Part shown: piece after piece, positions 18,714 through 29,315 of the stretch | How the letters are laid out: every line of letters begins with the position of its first letter | How positions within the stretch are numbered: the stretch's first letter is position 1 | Origin: a virus | IMG/VR virus record: IMGVR_UViG_3300029319_000017 | Location: 23,893 to 87,892 of that record | DNA length: 64,000 nucleotides | Direction: 5' to 3' (one strand) | The notes under the pieces: model-generated | What the model saw: only the letters and a program-made list of their open reading frames with translations | What the model was told of the DNA's origin: nothing | The model's database searches: none | Made by a program: the position numbers and the translations under genes

Positions 18714-21700
18714 GTCTGTGGAATTTACGAGCACCCACTTCCGTGGAGTACAAATTTACTAAAAAACTATTAATATTACTAGTGATTAGTCTTATTGCTA
18801 GCCATTTATCTATCATTTTTCTAGGTCTAAATCTACCATCTGTTACTTTACTGGCTAGTGAACTGCCATTAAATGTTTCATGCATATCAGAAACTATAAA
18901 TAAAGGTAACTGATTTGGAGGTATAGAAGTAAGAGATTGTTGCCCATTTATCATAACTGCATTAATTTCAGTTTCTACTTCAACTCCATCTGTATTTACA
19001 GCAACTTCACCTACTTGTGAACTATTTGGTATAGGCAAGAAAGATAGCATATATAAGTTATCTAGATCTGGAATAGTTAAATTATTTACTGCACTATGAT
19101 TTGTAAAATCTCTAAATTTATTTATGCACCATTCACATCCATTCTTTCTTGCATTTAACATTTCTGTTATATTTTGTAATCCAGAACTTTGATGAGAATT
19201 GTATACAACAAATCTGTCAAATCCTGGACCGTGTGTTTTTGTTAATAATAAATTATCTTGTTGGTCCATATCTGGAATACGGTTATCACTACCTCCCATT
19301 ACACCGCATAACGGACATCCACCATAATCAATTTCAGAATCTATAGCTTGGCTAATTCTGTCAGATATCCAACAGAAGTTATAAAATAATTTATTAGTAA
19401 ATTTATTTTGATTATGTATTATTTCTAATTCTGATGTGTATCTTCTACCATAATACCATCCTTTTTGTCCTACATAATTATGTTTATAAATTCTATCTCC
19501 TATATTTAATCTAGAAGTAAAATGTGAAAAATTATTAAACGAGTATAAAGCATTAGATGTGTATGTATATTGATATGGTACATAGTCATGAAATGATATC
19601 CACGCTGATAATTTTGGAGAATATGAAGCAGTCCATCCATCTCTTTGGAAATAAGTCTCTTTGTTTCCTGGAGATAGTTTTGTTCCCATATAAGGATCAT
19701 CACTTACAGGTAAAATTTGCCAAGGCACTTCTTCAATTTCATCTGTAGTAAGAAGATTACCGTTATCATCAGTAGTTACATCAGGAAGTTTTATAAGAAA
19801 TTGATCTTCTGCATTTTCTACACCGTATAGATTGGAATTAGAAGGAGAATATGTTATCATACCTACAGGATCTGCAACATTTTGATCTATAAAGTTTTGC
19901 CAAGCTTGTAAAAATAGACTGTTTGGAACAAGTTCTCTTTTAGTTAATAGTATTCTTTGATATACTTCATCGTATGCACTTGTAAATCCAAAAGTTATTG
20001 GATTATCTGGGTAATTAACTTTACCAAATACTTTTAATTTATATGGTAAATTAGTTTGAAACCATTTTTCTAAACCCATAGATGATATGTCATATAACTG
20101 ATCTGAAAATAAATGTACAGATGCATTTCTTTGATCTACATAAAAATAACCAAAGTCTCCTACAAGTGTAGCAAATTGAGATTGTGTTCCACCATACCCT
20201 GCTTCTGTCTGTCTTATTTCTTCTGGCGGCTGTGCAAATAAATCACCGCTGCCTATAAATGCTTGTGATGCATCTCCTAACTCCATAGTCTGCTTACCCT
20301 TAGTTCTTAATATACTATCTTCCATATGGAAATATAGTAAGTTATTAAATGTAGCAATCTTCCATAACTCTCCTCTATTCTTTGGTAGATCTTTAAATTG
20401 TAAAGCTAAGAAAAGTCTGTAGTTATCAATTAAACTGCTATCATCTGATGTAGCGCTTCTAATAACTCTTGTTGGGAAAGAAGACGGTTGAGATATTTGT
20501 CTAGGTAAAGGTACTGTAGATCCAATACTATTAACAACAGAGTAGTCTTCATTATATTTCATGTTATCTACATCAGTACCATCTACAGTATTTTTTAATA
20601 TTAATAGATCACGTGCAGGAGTTCCTGGAAAATAAGAGTCTTTTTTACTATTTACATGTCTAAAGTTAATATTATCTGTAGATTCAACAATAGTATTATA
20701 TATTACTCTACAATCTTTTCTTCTTGTAGAATCAAATCTGCCTGGATCTGCAGGAAATTCATCTATATGAAAATTACTTCTAAGTGTTTTTCTATATCCA
20801 TGTCTACATATAAATGTATCCCCTCCAAATATATGTCCTGTTCTAAAATTATCTAGTGCTGGTTGTGCAGCTACTTTTATGTAGTCGTCAATACTCATAG
20901 CATTATAATTAGGCCATCCATCTGGGTAAACTCCGTCTATTATTGGTGGATTTGTTTGTCTGTTTAATACTACTGGATTAGGACCTTGAACTGCAAATGT
21001 AGGATGCAACCCATTATCTATTGCGGCTTGAAAACTCATTGTAGATAAATTATCTGTTTCAACAGTAATTCTTGGATTACCTACTCTATCAACTTTAAAA
21101 AAGTCATAGTCTTTTCCTGTTACTTCATACCCTGTCCATACAAGATCTTGTTGATCAAACGGACTGTACATGTCTAGCCTAAATGCATGCATATTAGCTT
21201 GGTACATAAATGGTTGAAATCCAGATTTACCTATCTGCGCTTCAAACATAGCGTCTGCTGGAGGATCTGTTTTTATCCATGGTAATGTACCAGGTAAATC
21301 AAATGCAGGTAATGTACCATATTTTTCATTTAATAATAATGATATATGACTTTCTCCATAATTATTCCAAGTCCTACGTCCAAATCCTAATTGTTTACCG
21401 TTAAATATACTATCTCCGTTAAGGTATGTTTTACTTCTTTCTTTAATAGGCCTATTTAAATCTACATGAGTTCCTTGTGATGATAACCATTGATATAAAT
21501 TTTCTGTGCCTGTACCACCATTAAATATTCCTAAAGCAGGATCTTGTGCCTCTGAAGGACTGTAAAAATTAAAAGCTGTATGAAGTCCTGTTATTACCTG
21601 GTTACTACTTGAATAACAAGTTTCAGATCCAGACTCTTGTCTTATAGAAGGTCCGCTAAATGCAATCATTTCTACAATATAATCTAGTTTTAAATGTGTA

Positions 21701-24700
21701 GCTGCTGTAATACTTCTTCTAGCTCCTCCACTATCACCCTGCCCATGACCACGCATTAAATAAAAATCATGAAAACTAATACCTTGATATCCAAATTCCA
21801 TACCTGCATCTGTAGGGTTTGGTAATGGATATCCTTCTTTTTCTACTTGATGTGGATAGTTTAACCAATAAAAGTTTTTATTATTTTCAAAAACAGAATC
21901 TAATGAATAAGAACTATCAGATATTGTTTCAGTAACATCACCACCACCACTATTTTCACATGAAGGGCGCATAGCCTCATCTACTGTTGCATAAGGATTT
22001 ACAATGTTTTGCCCTAGAATTCTTCTTTCATGATGATCTCTATCTGCATAATAAATTCTAAATCCTTGTGTTCTTTCATGTATATGTAAAGGTACTTTTA
22101 AATCTTCAAATTGTATACCTAATGCTCTTACATAATGTCCTATAGATCCTCCATCTACTGCAGAAGTATCTTGAGATTTCCAGTGTACCCACCCACGGCA
22201 ATCAGCAGCACGAAATGGAAAAAGTCCACTAGCGTTAATTGCAGTAGAACCCTCTGCTCCTTTTTTATTTGCTTTAGCTATAATAACTCCTTTTGCTTTA
22301 TCTACAAATACAACTGTTAGCTTACTTGAACTAATTGCATTTTGAAAATCAGCAGTACCCCAACCACCATCTTGTTCAATATTATCATCATCTACACTAT
22401 CTCCCATAGCACCACTATGAGTATCCCATGTCCAAACACCTTTTCCTTTCTTTTCTATACACCCTGTAGATAAATGCACTGTACCTCCTTTATCTCTACA
22501 ATCTCCTGGATTTGCAATTCCATCGTTACTACTTGGTCTAGAACTTTTAAAAAGATATTCATCTGTACCATATGTATTTAACGTATTACCCTCAAGACCT
22601 GCAGACCCATCCATTAAAAATCCATTGCTAGCATATGGGCTATCACCTGAATCTGTACTATTTTGACTAGCATAAGATCCAATTTTTCCACCATCACGAG
22701 CCCCATGATTTTGCCAAGCCATAGATATTTTATCTCCCATTTGTGGAAACTCATAACTATTATCATTTAATTCGTAGAACATAAATAATTGATTTTTATT
22801 ATCTACATTACCCATAACATTATGTATTTTAGCATCCTCACCATCAGGGTTAGTAGAATCACTATAAAGACCAGTTTGTAATCCAAGTATTGTAGCAACC
22901 TCTACAAGATTATCATTGTTCATGTCATTATTACTAGGGTCATCATTACCTTGATATATTCCTAATAATTTTCCAAATATAGTTTCATTATTATCTAAAG
23001 CAGTTGTTCCAAATCCTATTGCTGGCCTTGCTACTCTGTCTGAGCACCATCTAAAGTCAATAGCATATACTTCTTTAACTTCTAAGACAACATCTATTGT
23101 AGACGTATTATCTACAATAGTTTGATATGTAGGATTTTCATTAGATGGAAAATGATGATGTCTTACACGTCTACCTGCAATACTACCTTCTCGTCTATCA
23201 GGATTACTTGCATCTAGTATTTCCCAGTTAGATGCATTTAATTCATCACTAGGATAAAACTCATTTGTGTTTTGCCAATAGTTCATATTTCTAGAACCTA
23301 GTAACATGCTTGTTTCGAAAAAATGAAATATTCTACCTTTTTGATTAGTTATTTGGTTTAATGCATTTTCAGGATTACTAGGATAAATATCATCAGATTC
23401 AAAAGTAAAATTTATATCAAATATGTCAGTATTATACTGATAAGTAGGAACTCTATTATATTGAAAATCACCGCCTACTGATTCATCTAATCTTAGTGGT
23501 GCTCTTCCTGGTATATGATATGCATAAGACTCTGTACCATCTTCAAGTATAAATGCAATGTAAAATGCATATACTTCATCTCTAGTAAAACCTTTATATT
23601 TGTATATATTTTTATTATGCCTATATCCTTGAGATCTACTTTCTATATCTCCAGCCTGTAAATTATTAGGAAAAGTATCTATGTACCCATGTTCTAAAAC
23701 ATCAAGAGTTGCCTCATGCGGATCAAAATATGGAAATGGATGTAAAGCAGGTCTAGATTTAATAAAATTCGCATAGGGTTGATATCCTACATCCTTAGTC
23801 CCTTTTACGTTTCCTAAGTATAAACTACCATCTAATTGATTTATTGTCTTAGCGGTCTCGTATGAGGCTGTATCAACAATTACATCTTCTACACTGTCAA
23901 ATCCAGCAAAACCTTCTAAACCTGTAAATGTAACTGTTTGTAGCTCTACAGTTCCTGCTGTATTTTTTATAGGAAGATCATTTAATTTAAATGTAGTACG
24001 TTTACCATCTGCTCTTCTTATAACAACAGGTCTTAAATATTCATAGTCTGTATTTAAATTACTAACTGCCCATGAAATAGATTTACCTGATGGTACACCT
24101 GCAGGGGCTCCGTCATACCTTTCTATAGGTAATACACCCTCTACATCTTCTACAATAGATACAGGATTAGCAAGCGTTACATAATTAGTTGAAACAAGAT
24201 CTCTATCTACATATGCAAGAGCTAAAAAATATACACCTGTTTGCAAATTACCTCCTGGATTTATACTGTCAAATTCTACATGGGGTACAGGACCAGACGA
24301 TGGGAATAAATCTAACATTCTAATATGATGTGGATTACTAGTTGTTTCAGGATCTAAACCATACAATCTTTCAAAAGGAGCTGATGCACCTTCTGGATTA
24401 TCTATCCATTCTTTTTGCCTAGTAACATTCATTGCTCTAGGCGGATTTAAATTATCTACCCAATATATAAAAAGTTCACCTTCAGGATTTATTTTATAAG
24501 TTCCTTCTATAAAATTATCTCTACTAAAATTTAAATTAAAGTTTGTCCCTGTTATTGCTACTGAAACATTAACTGTGCTTATATTAGGTCTAAATAATGT
24601 AGTATAAGAATCATTTTCTAACAACCCTATTTCAGAATTGTAATCAGTTGCAAATGTATTAAAAGCTACACTTTGATCAGCATTAAGTATACCTTGTTCA

Positions 24701-24957
24701 TTTCTACGAAAAGCTAAAAATAAAATAATTCTATCATCAGTAATTTCTATTGTACCAATAACAACTGCACCTACAGGTAATACACTTTCTGCATCTTCTC
24801 CAGGTTTAACTGGTACAGTTAATGCTTTAAATGCATGCTCATTAGACAATGCTCCATCTACAGGATGTATTTGTATATTACGGGCATATCTCCACGTTCC
24901 TTCTGGCTGGTCAATATGTGCTGTATCTTTAGAAAGTCCTTTTATATACTTACCCAT
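18694..24957 (-). CDS. Tail muzzle / stabilization protein (crAss-like, P22 gp10-like), 2,087 aa
   Basis: N-terminal KGLSKD...PEGTWRYARN; YWVDNLNPPR; FTRDEVYAFYI; RVRHHHFPS; IFGGDTFI; WISFHDYVP. These motifs and the position between ring and cargo genes are typical of crAss-like muzzle proteins. Confidence 0.85.
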   Translation of the reverse strand: MGKYIKGLSKDTAHIDQPEGTWRYARNIQIHPVDGALSNEHAFKALTVPVKPGEDAESVLPVGAVVIGTIEITDDRIILFLAFRRNEQGILNADQSVAFNTFATDYNSEIGLLENDSYTTLFRPNISTVNVSVAITGTNFNLNFSRDNFIEGTYKINPEGELFIYWVDNLNPPRAMNVTRQKEWIDNPEGASAPFERLYGLDPETTSNPHHIRMLDLFPSSGPVPHVEFDSINPGGNLQTGVYFLALAYVDRDLVSTNYVTLANPVSIVEDVEGVLPIERYDGAPAGVPSGKSISWAVSNLNTDYEYLRPVVIRRADGKRTTFKLNDLPIKNTAGTVELQTVTFTGLEGFAGFDSVEDVIVDTASYETAKTINQLDGSLYLGNVKGTKDVGYQPYANFIKSRPALHPFPYFDPHEATLDVLEHGYIDTFPNNLQAGDIESRSQGYRHNKNIYKYKGFTRDEVYAFYIAFILEDGTESYAYHIPGRAPLRLDESVGGDFQYNRVPTYQYNTDIFDINFTFESDDIYPSNPENALNQITNQKGRIFHFFETSMLLGSRNMNYWQNTNEFYPSDELNASNWEILDASNPDRREGSIAGRRVRHHHFPSNENPTYQTIVDNTSTIDVVLEVKEVYAIDFRWCSDRVARPAIGFGTTALDNNETIFGKLLGIYQGNDDPSNNDMNNDNLVEVATILGLQTGLYSDSTNPDGEDAKIHNVMGNVDNKNQLFMFYELNDNSYEFPQMGDKISMAWQNHGARDGGKIGSYASQNSTDSGDSPYASNGFLMDGSAGLEGNTLNTYGTDEYLFKSSRPSSNDGIANPGDCRDKGGTVHLSTGCIEKKGKGVWTWDTHSGAMGDSVDDDNIEQDGGWGTADFQNAISSSKLTVVFVDKAKGVIIAKANKKGAEGSTAINASGLFPFRAADCRGWVHWKSQDTSAVDGGSIGHYVRALGIQFEDLKVPLHIHERTQGFRIYYADRDHHERRILGQNIVNPYATVDEAMRPSCENSGGGDVTETISDSSYSLDSVFENNKNFYWLNYPHQVEKEGYPLPNPTDAGMEFGYQGISFHDFYLMRGHGQGDSGGARRSITAATHLKLDYIVEMIAFSGPSIRQESGSETCYSSSNQVITGLHTAFNFYSPSEAQDPALGIFNGGTGTENLYQWLSSQGTHVDLNRPIKERSKTYLNGDSIFNGKQLGFGRRTWNNYGESHISLLLNEKYGTLPAFDLPGTLPWIKTDPPADAMFEAQIGKSGFQPFMYQANMHAFRLDMYSPFDQQDLVWTGYEVTGKDYDFFKVDRVGNPRITVETDNLSTMSFQAAIDNGLHPTFAVQGPNPVVLNRQTNPPIIDGVYPDGWPNYNAMSIDDYIKVAAQPALDNFRTGHIFGGDTFICRHGYRKTLRSNFHIDEFPADPGRFDSTRRKDCRVIYNTIVESTDNINFRHVNSKKDSYFPGTPARDLLILKNTVDGTDVDNMKYNEDYSVVNSIGSTVPLPRQISQPSSFPTRVIRSATSDDSSLIDNYRLFLALQFKDLPKNRGELWKIATFNNLLYFHMEDSILRTKGKQTMELGDASQAFIGSGDLFAQPPEEIRQTEAGYGGTQSQFATLVGDFGYFYVDQRNASVHLFSDQLYDISSMGLEKWFQTNLPYKLKVFGKVNYPDNPITFGFTSAYDEVYQRILLTKRELVPNSLFLQAWQNFIDQNVADPVGMITYSPSNSNLYGVENAEDQFLIKLPDVTTDDNGNLLTTDEIEEVPWQILPVSDDPYMGTKLSPGNKETYFQRDGWTASYSPKLSAWISFHDYVPYQYTYTSNALYSFNNFSHFTSRLNIGDRIYKHNYVGQKGWYYGRRYTSELEIIHNQNKFTNKLFYNFCWISDRISQAIDSEIDYGGCPLCGVMGGSDNRIPDMDQQDNLLLTKTHGPGFDRFVVYNSHQSSGLQNITEMLNARKNGCEWCINKFRDFTNHSAVNNLTIPDLDNLYMLSFLPIPNSSQVGEVAVNTDGVEVETEINAVMINGQQSLTSIPPNQLPLFIVSDMHETFNGSSLASKVTDGRFRPRKMIDKWLAIRLITSNINSFLVNLYSTEVGARKFHRHEKRQN

Positions 24958-25916
24958 TACATTGATCTATTTAAATTTTCTTTAGTATTCATTTCTTCAA
25001 AAAATAAACTATGCGCATTAACATCAGGAACCATTCTTACCCATTGATCCATAAAGCTTTGCATTTTATCAATATCTGGGAAGTTAGCATTTGCTCTAGC
25101 CTGTGAACAATACTTCATCCATTTTTGATCTGCATAGTTATAGTCTATTTTATTATTAGGTTTGTCATATCCTCCTAATAATAATTGTTTAAATATGTAC
25201 CAAAACATAGCTTCTTTATAACTAATGTCATCTGGTACAAGAGGAAAGCAATCCTCATCTACAGGAAAAGCTGTATATGATAAACATACCTGTCCTGATG
25301 CAAAAGATGTTTTTATATAATTGTAATCTATTATATAAGAATCTTTTGCATTTGATACTTCATTAACACAGTCTACACAATGTATAGACTCTGGAAAAGT
25401 ACTAGCCCCATAACATAATGGTACTAAACTAGCACTTGTTCCATCGATCTTGTTGTTAAAAAACATCCCCTCTAAAACAATAATCCTACTGTTAATTTCA
25501 TTTAACTCTAGCACATTGCTTTTATATTGTGTATCATATGTCGTTAGATCTGCATTAGTTACATTAGATGCGTTGTCTAATAGATCTGATTCTAGTGTTT
25601 GGTTATATTCTTGTACAACTGATTTTAGCTCATTTACTTTTGTAGTAAGCGTTTCTAACTCAGCAGCAATAGATGGCTTTACTAAGTTATTTACTGCAAC
25701 TTGATTAATATAATATAGATCGCTAGGTAGCAATGCTTTATTATCTTTAATGTGTAATACAGTCTTTTTTGTAACTAGTTGAGCAGCAGAGCCTATATGC
25801 TCTAATGCTTCACCTATCCACTCTATTGCGTCATCTACCCAATTATCATCATTAGGTTTTAAATCACGCATTACTTTTCTAATAATACCTTTACTTGATG
25901 TGTGTCTGTAAATCAT
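24957..25916 (-). CDS. Tail ring / tail tubular protein
   Basis: DAIEWIGEALEHIG, IKTSF..G.VCLSY.AFPVDEDCFPLVPD, W.KYCSQA; adjacent to the muzzle gene as in crAss-like tail modules. Confidence 0.75.
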   Translation of the reverse strand: MIYRHTSSKGIIRKVMRDLKPNDDNWVDDAIEWIGEALEHIGSAAQLVTKKTVLHIKDNKALLPSDLYYINQVAVNNLVKPSIAAELETLTTKVNELKSVVQEYNQTLESDLLDNASNVTNADLTTYDTQYKSNVLELNEINSRIIVLEGMFFNNKIDGTSASLVPLCYGASTFPESIHCVDCVNEVSNAKDSYIIDYNYIKTSFASGQVCLSYTAFPVDEDCFPLVPDDISYKEAMFWYIFKQLLLGGYDKPNNKIDYNYADQKWMKYCSQARANANFPDIDKMQSFMDQWVRMVPDVNAHSLFFEEMNTKENLNRSM

Positions 25917-25920
25917 AGTC

Positions 25921-26361
25921 TTAACATTTCCACTTTCTCAGTGATTTATTTATTCTTGAATTAGGATCGTTTGCTGTTTTCTTGCTTGTAAGTTTTCTTT
26001 TCATACCTCTCATTCTAGCACAAAAAGATCTTTTTCTTGGTCCTCCCTCTGGTTGTGGTGGTTTTATATCTTGTCCTTGAGCTTTTAAAGATGCACGTCC
26101 TTTTGCATTTAATCCCCCACTAGGACTTTTACCTTCTTTTCTTTGCCATGCAGGACTCTTCATTCCTCCAGATCTCATACAGTCTGCACATCCTCCATAT
26201 CTTTTTTTCTTTGCAGTTTTTGCAGATCTTTTTAATGCTTCGTCTGTAACAGACCCTTTACCTGGTTTAGATGTACCTCTTTTTTTAGCTCTGTTCATAT
26301 AATAATACAAACCTTTTCTAGCTTTACGACCGTCTTTTGTTATGTGATATTTGCTTGCCAT
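25921..26361 (-). CDS. Small highly basic protein with DUF6321-like C-terminal domain; probable internal virion protein
   Basis: K/R-rich; AWQRKEGK.PSGGLNAKGRAS...RKRSFCARM...DPNSRINKSLRKWKC. The two halves are separated by RYGG and MRSGG. Confidence 0.65.
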   Translation of the reverse strand: MASKYHITKDGRKARKGLYYYMNRAKKRGTSKPGKGSVTDEALKRSAKTAKKKRYGGCADCMRSGGMKSPAWQRKEGKSPSGGLNAKGRASLKAQGQDIKPPQPEGGPRKRSFCARMRGMKRKLTSKKTANDPNSRINKSLRKWKC

Positions 26362-26831
26362 TATTTTTTAAATTTTAAATATGCTAAGTCATCTGTTTTT
26401 AATAGATTAATTAGCTTTTCTTTATTTCCTTTCAAACCTCTAGTAGGAGTAAATCTATAAGCAGACTTATTTGGTATGCGGCATTTACCTTTGTTCCAAT
26501 AATATCTGCAGTAAAATTTATCAGTATAGTATATATACCATTTTACTCCTTTTTCTGTGTGTTTACTATATAATGTTTTACCATTTTCTAGTAACTCTTT
26601 TTTATATTTATTGCTTTCTCCCCAGTCTATTCTAGGAGATCTAGGATCTCTTTCTGTCCTTCTTATAGATAACGTAGATAAATTGTTACCCATGTTAAAT
26701 GTTCCTCCTTCTAATATATCTTCTACAGTTTTTATATTAAAATCTGAACATATAGCTTTAAATATAGTTTTATCTATATTTTCATTTGTATTGCAGTAAT
26801 CATTATATATATCTTCTAATGTATAACTCAT
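26361..26831 (-). CDS. IHF/HU-like DNA-binding protein of the crAss-like tail module
   Basis: Helical N-terminus then ILEGGTFNMGNNLSTLSIRR...IDWGES...YRFTPTR, the pattern of crAss-like IHF homologs; synteny. Confidence 0.65.
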   Translation of the reverse strand: MSYTLEDIYNDYCNTNENIDKTIFKAICSDFNIKTVEDILEGGTFNMGNNLSTLSIRRTERDPRSPRIDWGESNKYKKELLENGKTLYSKHTEKGVKWYIYYTDKFYCRYYWNKGKCRIPNKSAYRFTPTRGLKGNKEKLINLLKTDDLAYLKFKK

Positions 26832-27526
26832 TACTCTTTTTTACCAGGAGATGGTAAACCTCCTTTTATATCTTGTTCTTGATCAGCTAATGTATCACTC
26901 ATTGTTCCTAACAACAATTGCAATTCTCCACTTGCCATACCTGCTGTAATAGCTTGTAACATATCTGCAGGTATTGGAAAAGGTTTGCTGTCATCCCAAC
27001 ATGTACCGTTTTCACATTGGTAATGTTTAAGATCTTCAGGGTTTTCAAACACCCCCCTTACATTTACAAACTTTAATCCATTTGCATTGTATACATATAA
27101 ATGATCTTCTATCATATATGCTTTATATTTAGAAGATGTATACTTATCATAAGGTAACCATTTTACCATATGATTATCTACTACAGGTATTGTTTCTATC
27201 CCTGTTATATCTCCTACATATGTTAATGCTTCTTTAAAATTAAATCGCACAGTTCTAGGTACTTTCTTTTTAGTTCTAGATACAGAACATGTAGTAGGTA
27301 AATCACAGCATTTAGATGGATTTACTTCTTCTAGTTCTAAACATCCTAGATCTTGTTCTAAATGTCGTGTAACTACACCATTTCTAGCAAAGTCTCTACG
27401 AATCATCATAGCTCTATAATGCTTAATATTAAATTTAATTTGATCCAAGGAGATATGCTCACTTTGATTAGGCCTACCTCCCCTGACCAAATTTAAGATA
27501 TTATATGCGATTTCGTTTAATGTCAT
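26831..27526 (-). CDS. Tail ring/adaptor protein
   Basis: MTLNEIAYNIL...SLDQIKF.I..YRA, QDLGCLEL, V.VRGVFENP, FPIPADM; synteny with the tail module. Confidence 0.7.
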   Translation of the reverse strand: MTLNEIAYNILNLVRGGRPNQSEHISLDQIKFNIKHYRAMMIRRDFARNGVVTRHLEQDLGCLELEEVNPSKCCDLPTTCSVSRTKKKVPRTVRFNFKEALTYVGDITGIETIPVVDNHMVKWLPYDKYTSSKYKAYMIEDHLYVYNANGLKFVNVRGVFENPEDLKHYQCENGTCWDDSKPFPIPADMLQAITAGMASGELQLLLGTMSDTLADQEQDIKGGLPSPGKKE

Positions 27527-27527
27527 T

Positions 27528-28655
27528 TTATATTACGTTTGTTTGTAAGTAACCTTCATAGCCTCGTTCCTTACTCCAGATATGTGCTTGTGCTGTTCTT
27601 TTAGCTTCATAACCCATACCTTTGTGCCAACTGTCGTTAGAGCATATAGAAGGTAAAAATCTTACTTTTATTCCTCTATATTCATTTACCATTTCTTTAT
27701 GTAAATGACCACAGTGTGCCTCTCTAAAATTACACCTAGCAAACATAAGAGGTTGCTCAGTTGCCATTATAAGTGGCATTTCAGCAGGTTTCTCTTTGTC
27801 TCCGTGGGTAAACATTATCATATTATTTCCATACTCAAAATACTTTCTTTGCTCTAGACTATTATCTACTGTTACATTTTTATCATTTTTGTACCAGCCT
27901 GATATTACATCTCCTGCATAAAACATTCTTTCAAAGTCATGGTTACCAGATACTACAATTACATGTACGGGCGCTATTTCTTTTAAATGATCTATAGCTC
28001 TTACCATTAGTTGCCAGTAACCTCTAAAAGTATCTTTCCAGTCAGCTGCATCATCTTGTGGAGTACCTTTTGTAGTTGTTCTCCTCATGCCTTCAGAGTT
28101 CATACCGTCATTACCTATTGGTAATAAGAATTGTTCTATATCAAGGCCTGATGCTTTTTCAACTAGATCTTCTATACAAGACATAAAATTAGTTTCTAGA
28201 TCTTGTAAAGTTTCTTCAGTTCGTTTACCATAATGTATATCTGGTAAAGATATCTCGTATACGCAAGGGTCTGTAAGTTTCTTAGTTTTAATCTTAGATA
28301 CTTTAGGACTGTATTGAGCTGCAAAATCTTCTATTTCTTTTTTAAGCTCATGTTTACTAGCCTCATCTCCTTTTGTTACTACAGAAAATCTTTGATCACC
28401 AGACATTGTCTGCCAAAATTTAACAGACTTTACATCTTCAGGTGCAATTTCATTTTTGTCAAGGAACGTTTGAAATTCAGTGATAACACTTTCATTCTCA
28501 TTTGTATTGTTTTCTCTTGCCTCTATTCTTGCTTCTTTTAAAGCATGTCTGCAAGTTTCAACACTACAGTTTAGTTTTTCTGATAAACGTTCGGCACCTT
28601 CTTTAAGGTAACCAGGCTTCTCAGAAAGGAAAGCCTTAATTTGGTCTTTGGTCAT
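27528..28655 (-). CDS. Calcineurin-like metallophosphoesterase with small N-terminal helical domain
   Basis: All five motifs present: PDIHYG, GND, SGNHD, THGD, GHLH. Confidence 0.85.
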   Translation of the reverse strand: MTKDQIKAFLSEKPGYLKEGAERLSEKLNCSVETCRHALKEARIEARENNTNENESVITEFQTFLDKNEIAPEDVKSVKFWQTMSGDQRFSVVTKGDEASKHELKKEIEDFAAQYSPKVSKIKTKKLTDPCVYEISLPDIHYGKRTEETLQDLETNFMSCIEDLVEKASGLDIEQFLLPIGNDGMNSEGMRRTTTKGTPQDDAADWKDTFRGYWQLMVRAIDHLKEIAPVHVIVVSGNHDFERMFYAGDVISGWYKNDKNVTVDNSLEQRKYFEYGNNMIMFTHGDKEKPAEMPLIMATEQPLMFARCNFREAHCGHLHKEMVNEYRGIKVRFLPSICSNDSWHKGMGYEAKRTAQAHIWSKERGYEGYLQTNVI

Positions 28656-28676
28656 TTTATATAAATTGGTTAATAT

Positions 28677-28934
28677 TTATCTTGGTTTTTTTGCTTTTTT
28701 AGCTCTATCTGCAATAGCAGCAAAGTTTTTTGCACTACCTTCTAACTTACCTCCTTTCATCATCATTTTCTTTTTGCCCATTCCTCCATACATCATTTTC
28801 TTTTTTCCTTTAGTAGCACCTGCAATTCTATCAGCTTGAGTAGGATTTGGATTATTATCAATTCCTGCTTTAACACTAAGCATACCAAAATTTGATTTTC
28901 CTCCTTTTTTCATCATTTTCTTTTTACCGTACAT
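28677..28934 (-). CDS. Small Lys/Met/Gly-rich basic protein
   Basis: KKKMMKKGG, KKKMMYGG, KKKMMMKGG repeats flanking GIDNNPNPTQADRIAGA. Confidence 0.7.
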   Translation of the reverse strand: MYGKKKMMKKGGKSNFGMLSVKAGIDNNPNPTQADRIAGATKGKKKMMYGGMGKKKMMMKGGKLEGSAKNFAAIADRAKKAKKPR

Positions 28935-28938
28935 ATAA

Positions 28939-29313
28939 TTATTTTTTAATTTTTTCTACTGATCTTCCTCCAAAATAAGCACCTATTACAGTGATCAGTG
29001 TTAACTGTAATAAGTCTGTCCATTTTTCTTCTACCGTAAAAGATAGAAAACCTGCGTCTACAAAGATAAGCAACATTGTGCAGACAATCAAGAATAAAAG
29101 CACTACAGGTCTAACATTCTTAGATAACCAAGAATCTGACGCCATATCTGCTTTCCATCTATCTGTTACATTCTTTTGCAAATCTGCTTCAGAATCTAAC
29201 AACATTTTTTTCATAGCATTTTTAAGTGCTATCTTTTCTTCTTTAGATGTAACCACTTCGTCTATTATATTACCAGCGTCACCTACTAAAGATTTTAATA
29301 ATCCTTTTAACAT
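28939..29313 (-). CDS. Holin-like membrane protein (3TM / gene-transfer-release holin type)
   Basis: RWKADM.SDSWLSKNVRP + hydrophobic helices + AYFGGRS.EK; directly downstream of the lysin candidate. Confidence 0.75.
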   Translation of the reverse strand: MLKGLLKSLVGDAGNIIDEVVTSKEEKIALKNAMKKMLLDSEADLQKNVTDRWKADMASDSWLSKNVRPVVLLFLIVCTMLLIFVDAGFLSFTVEEKWTDLLQLTLITVIGAYFGGRSVEKIKK

Positions 29314-29315
29314 AT

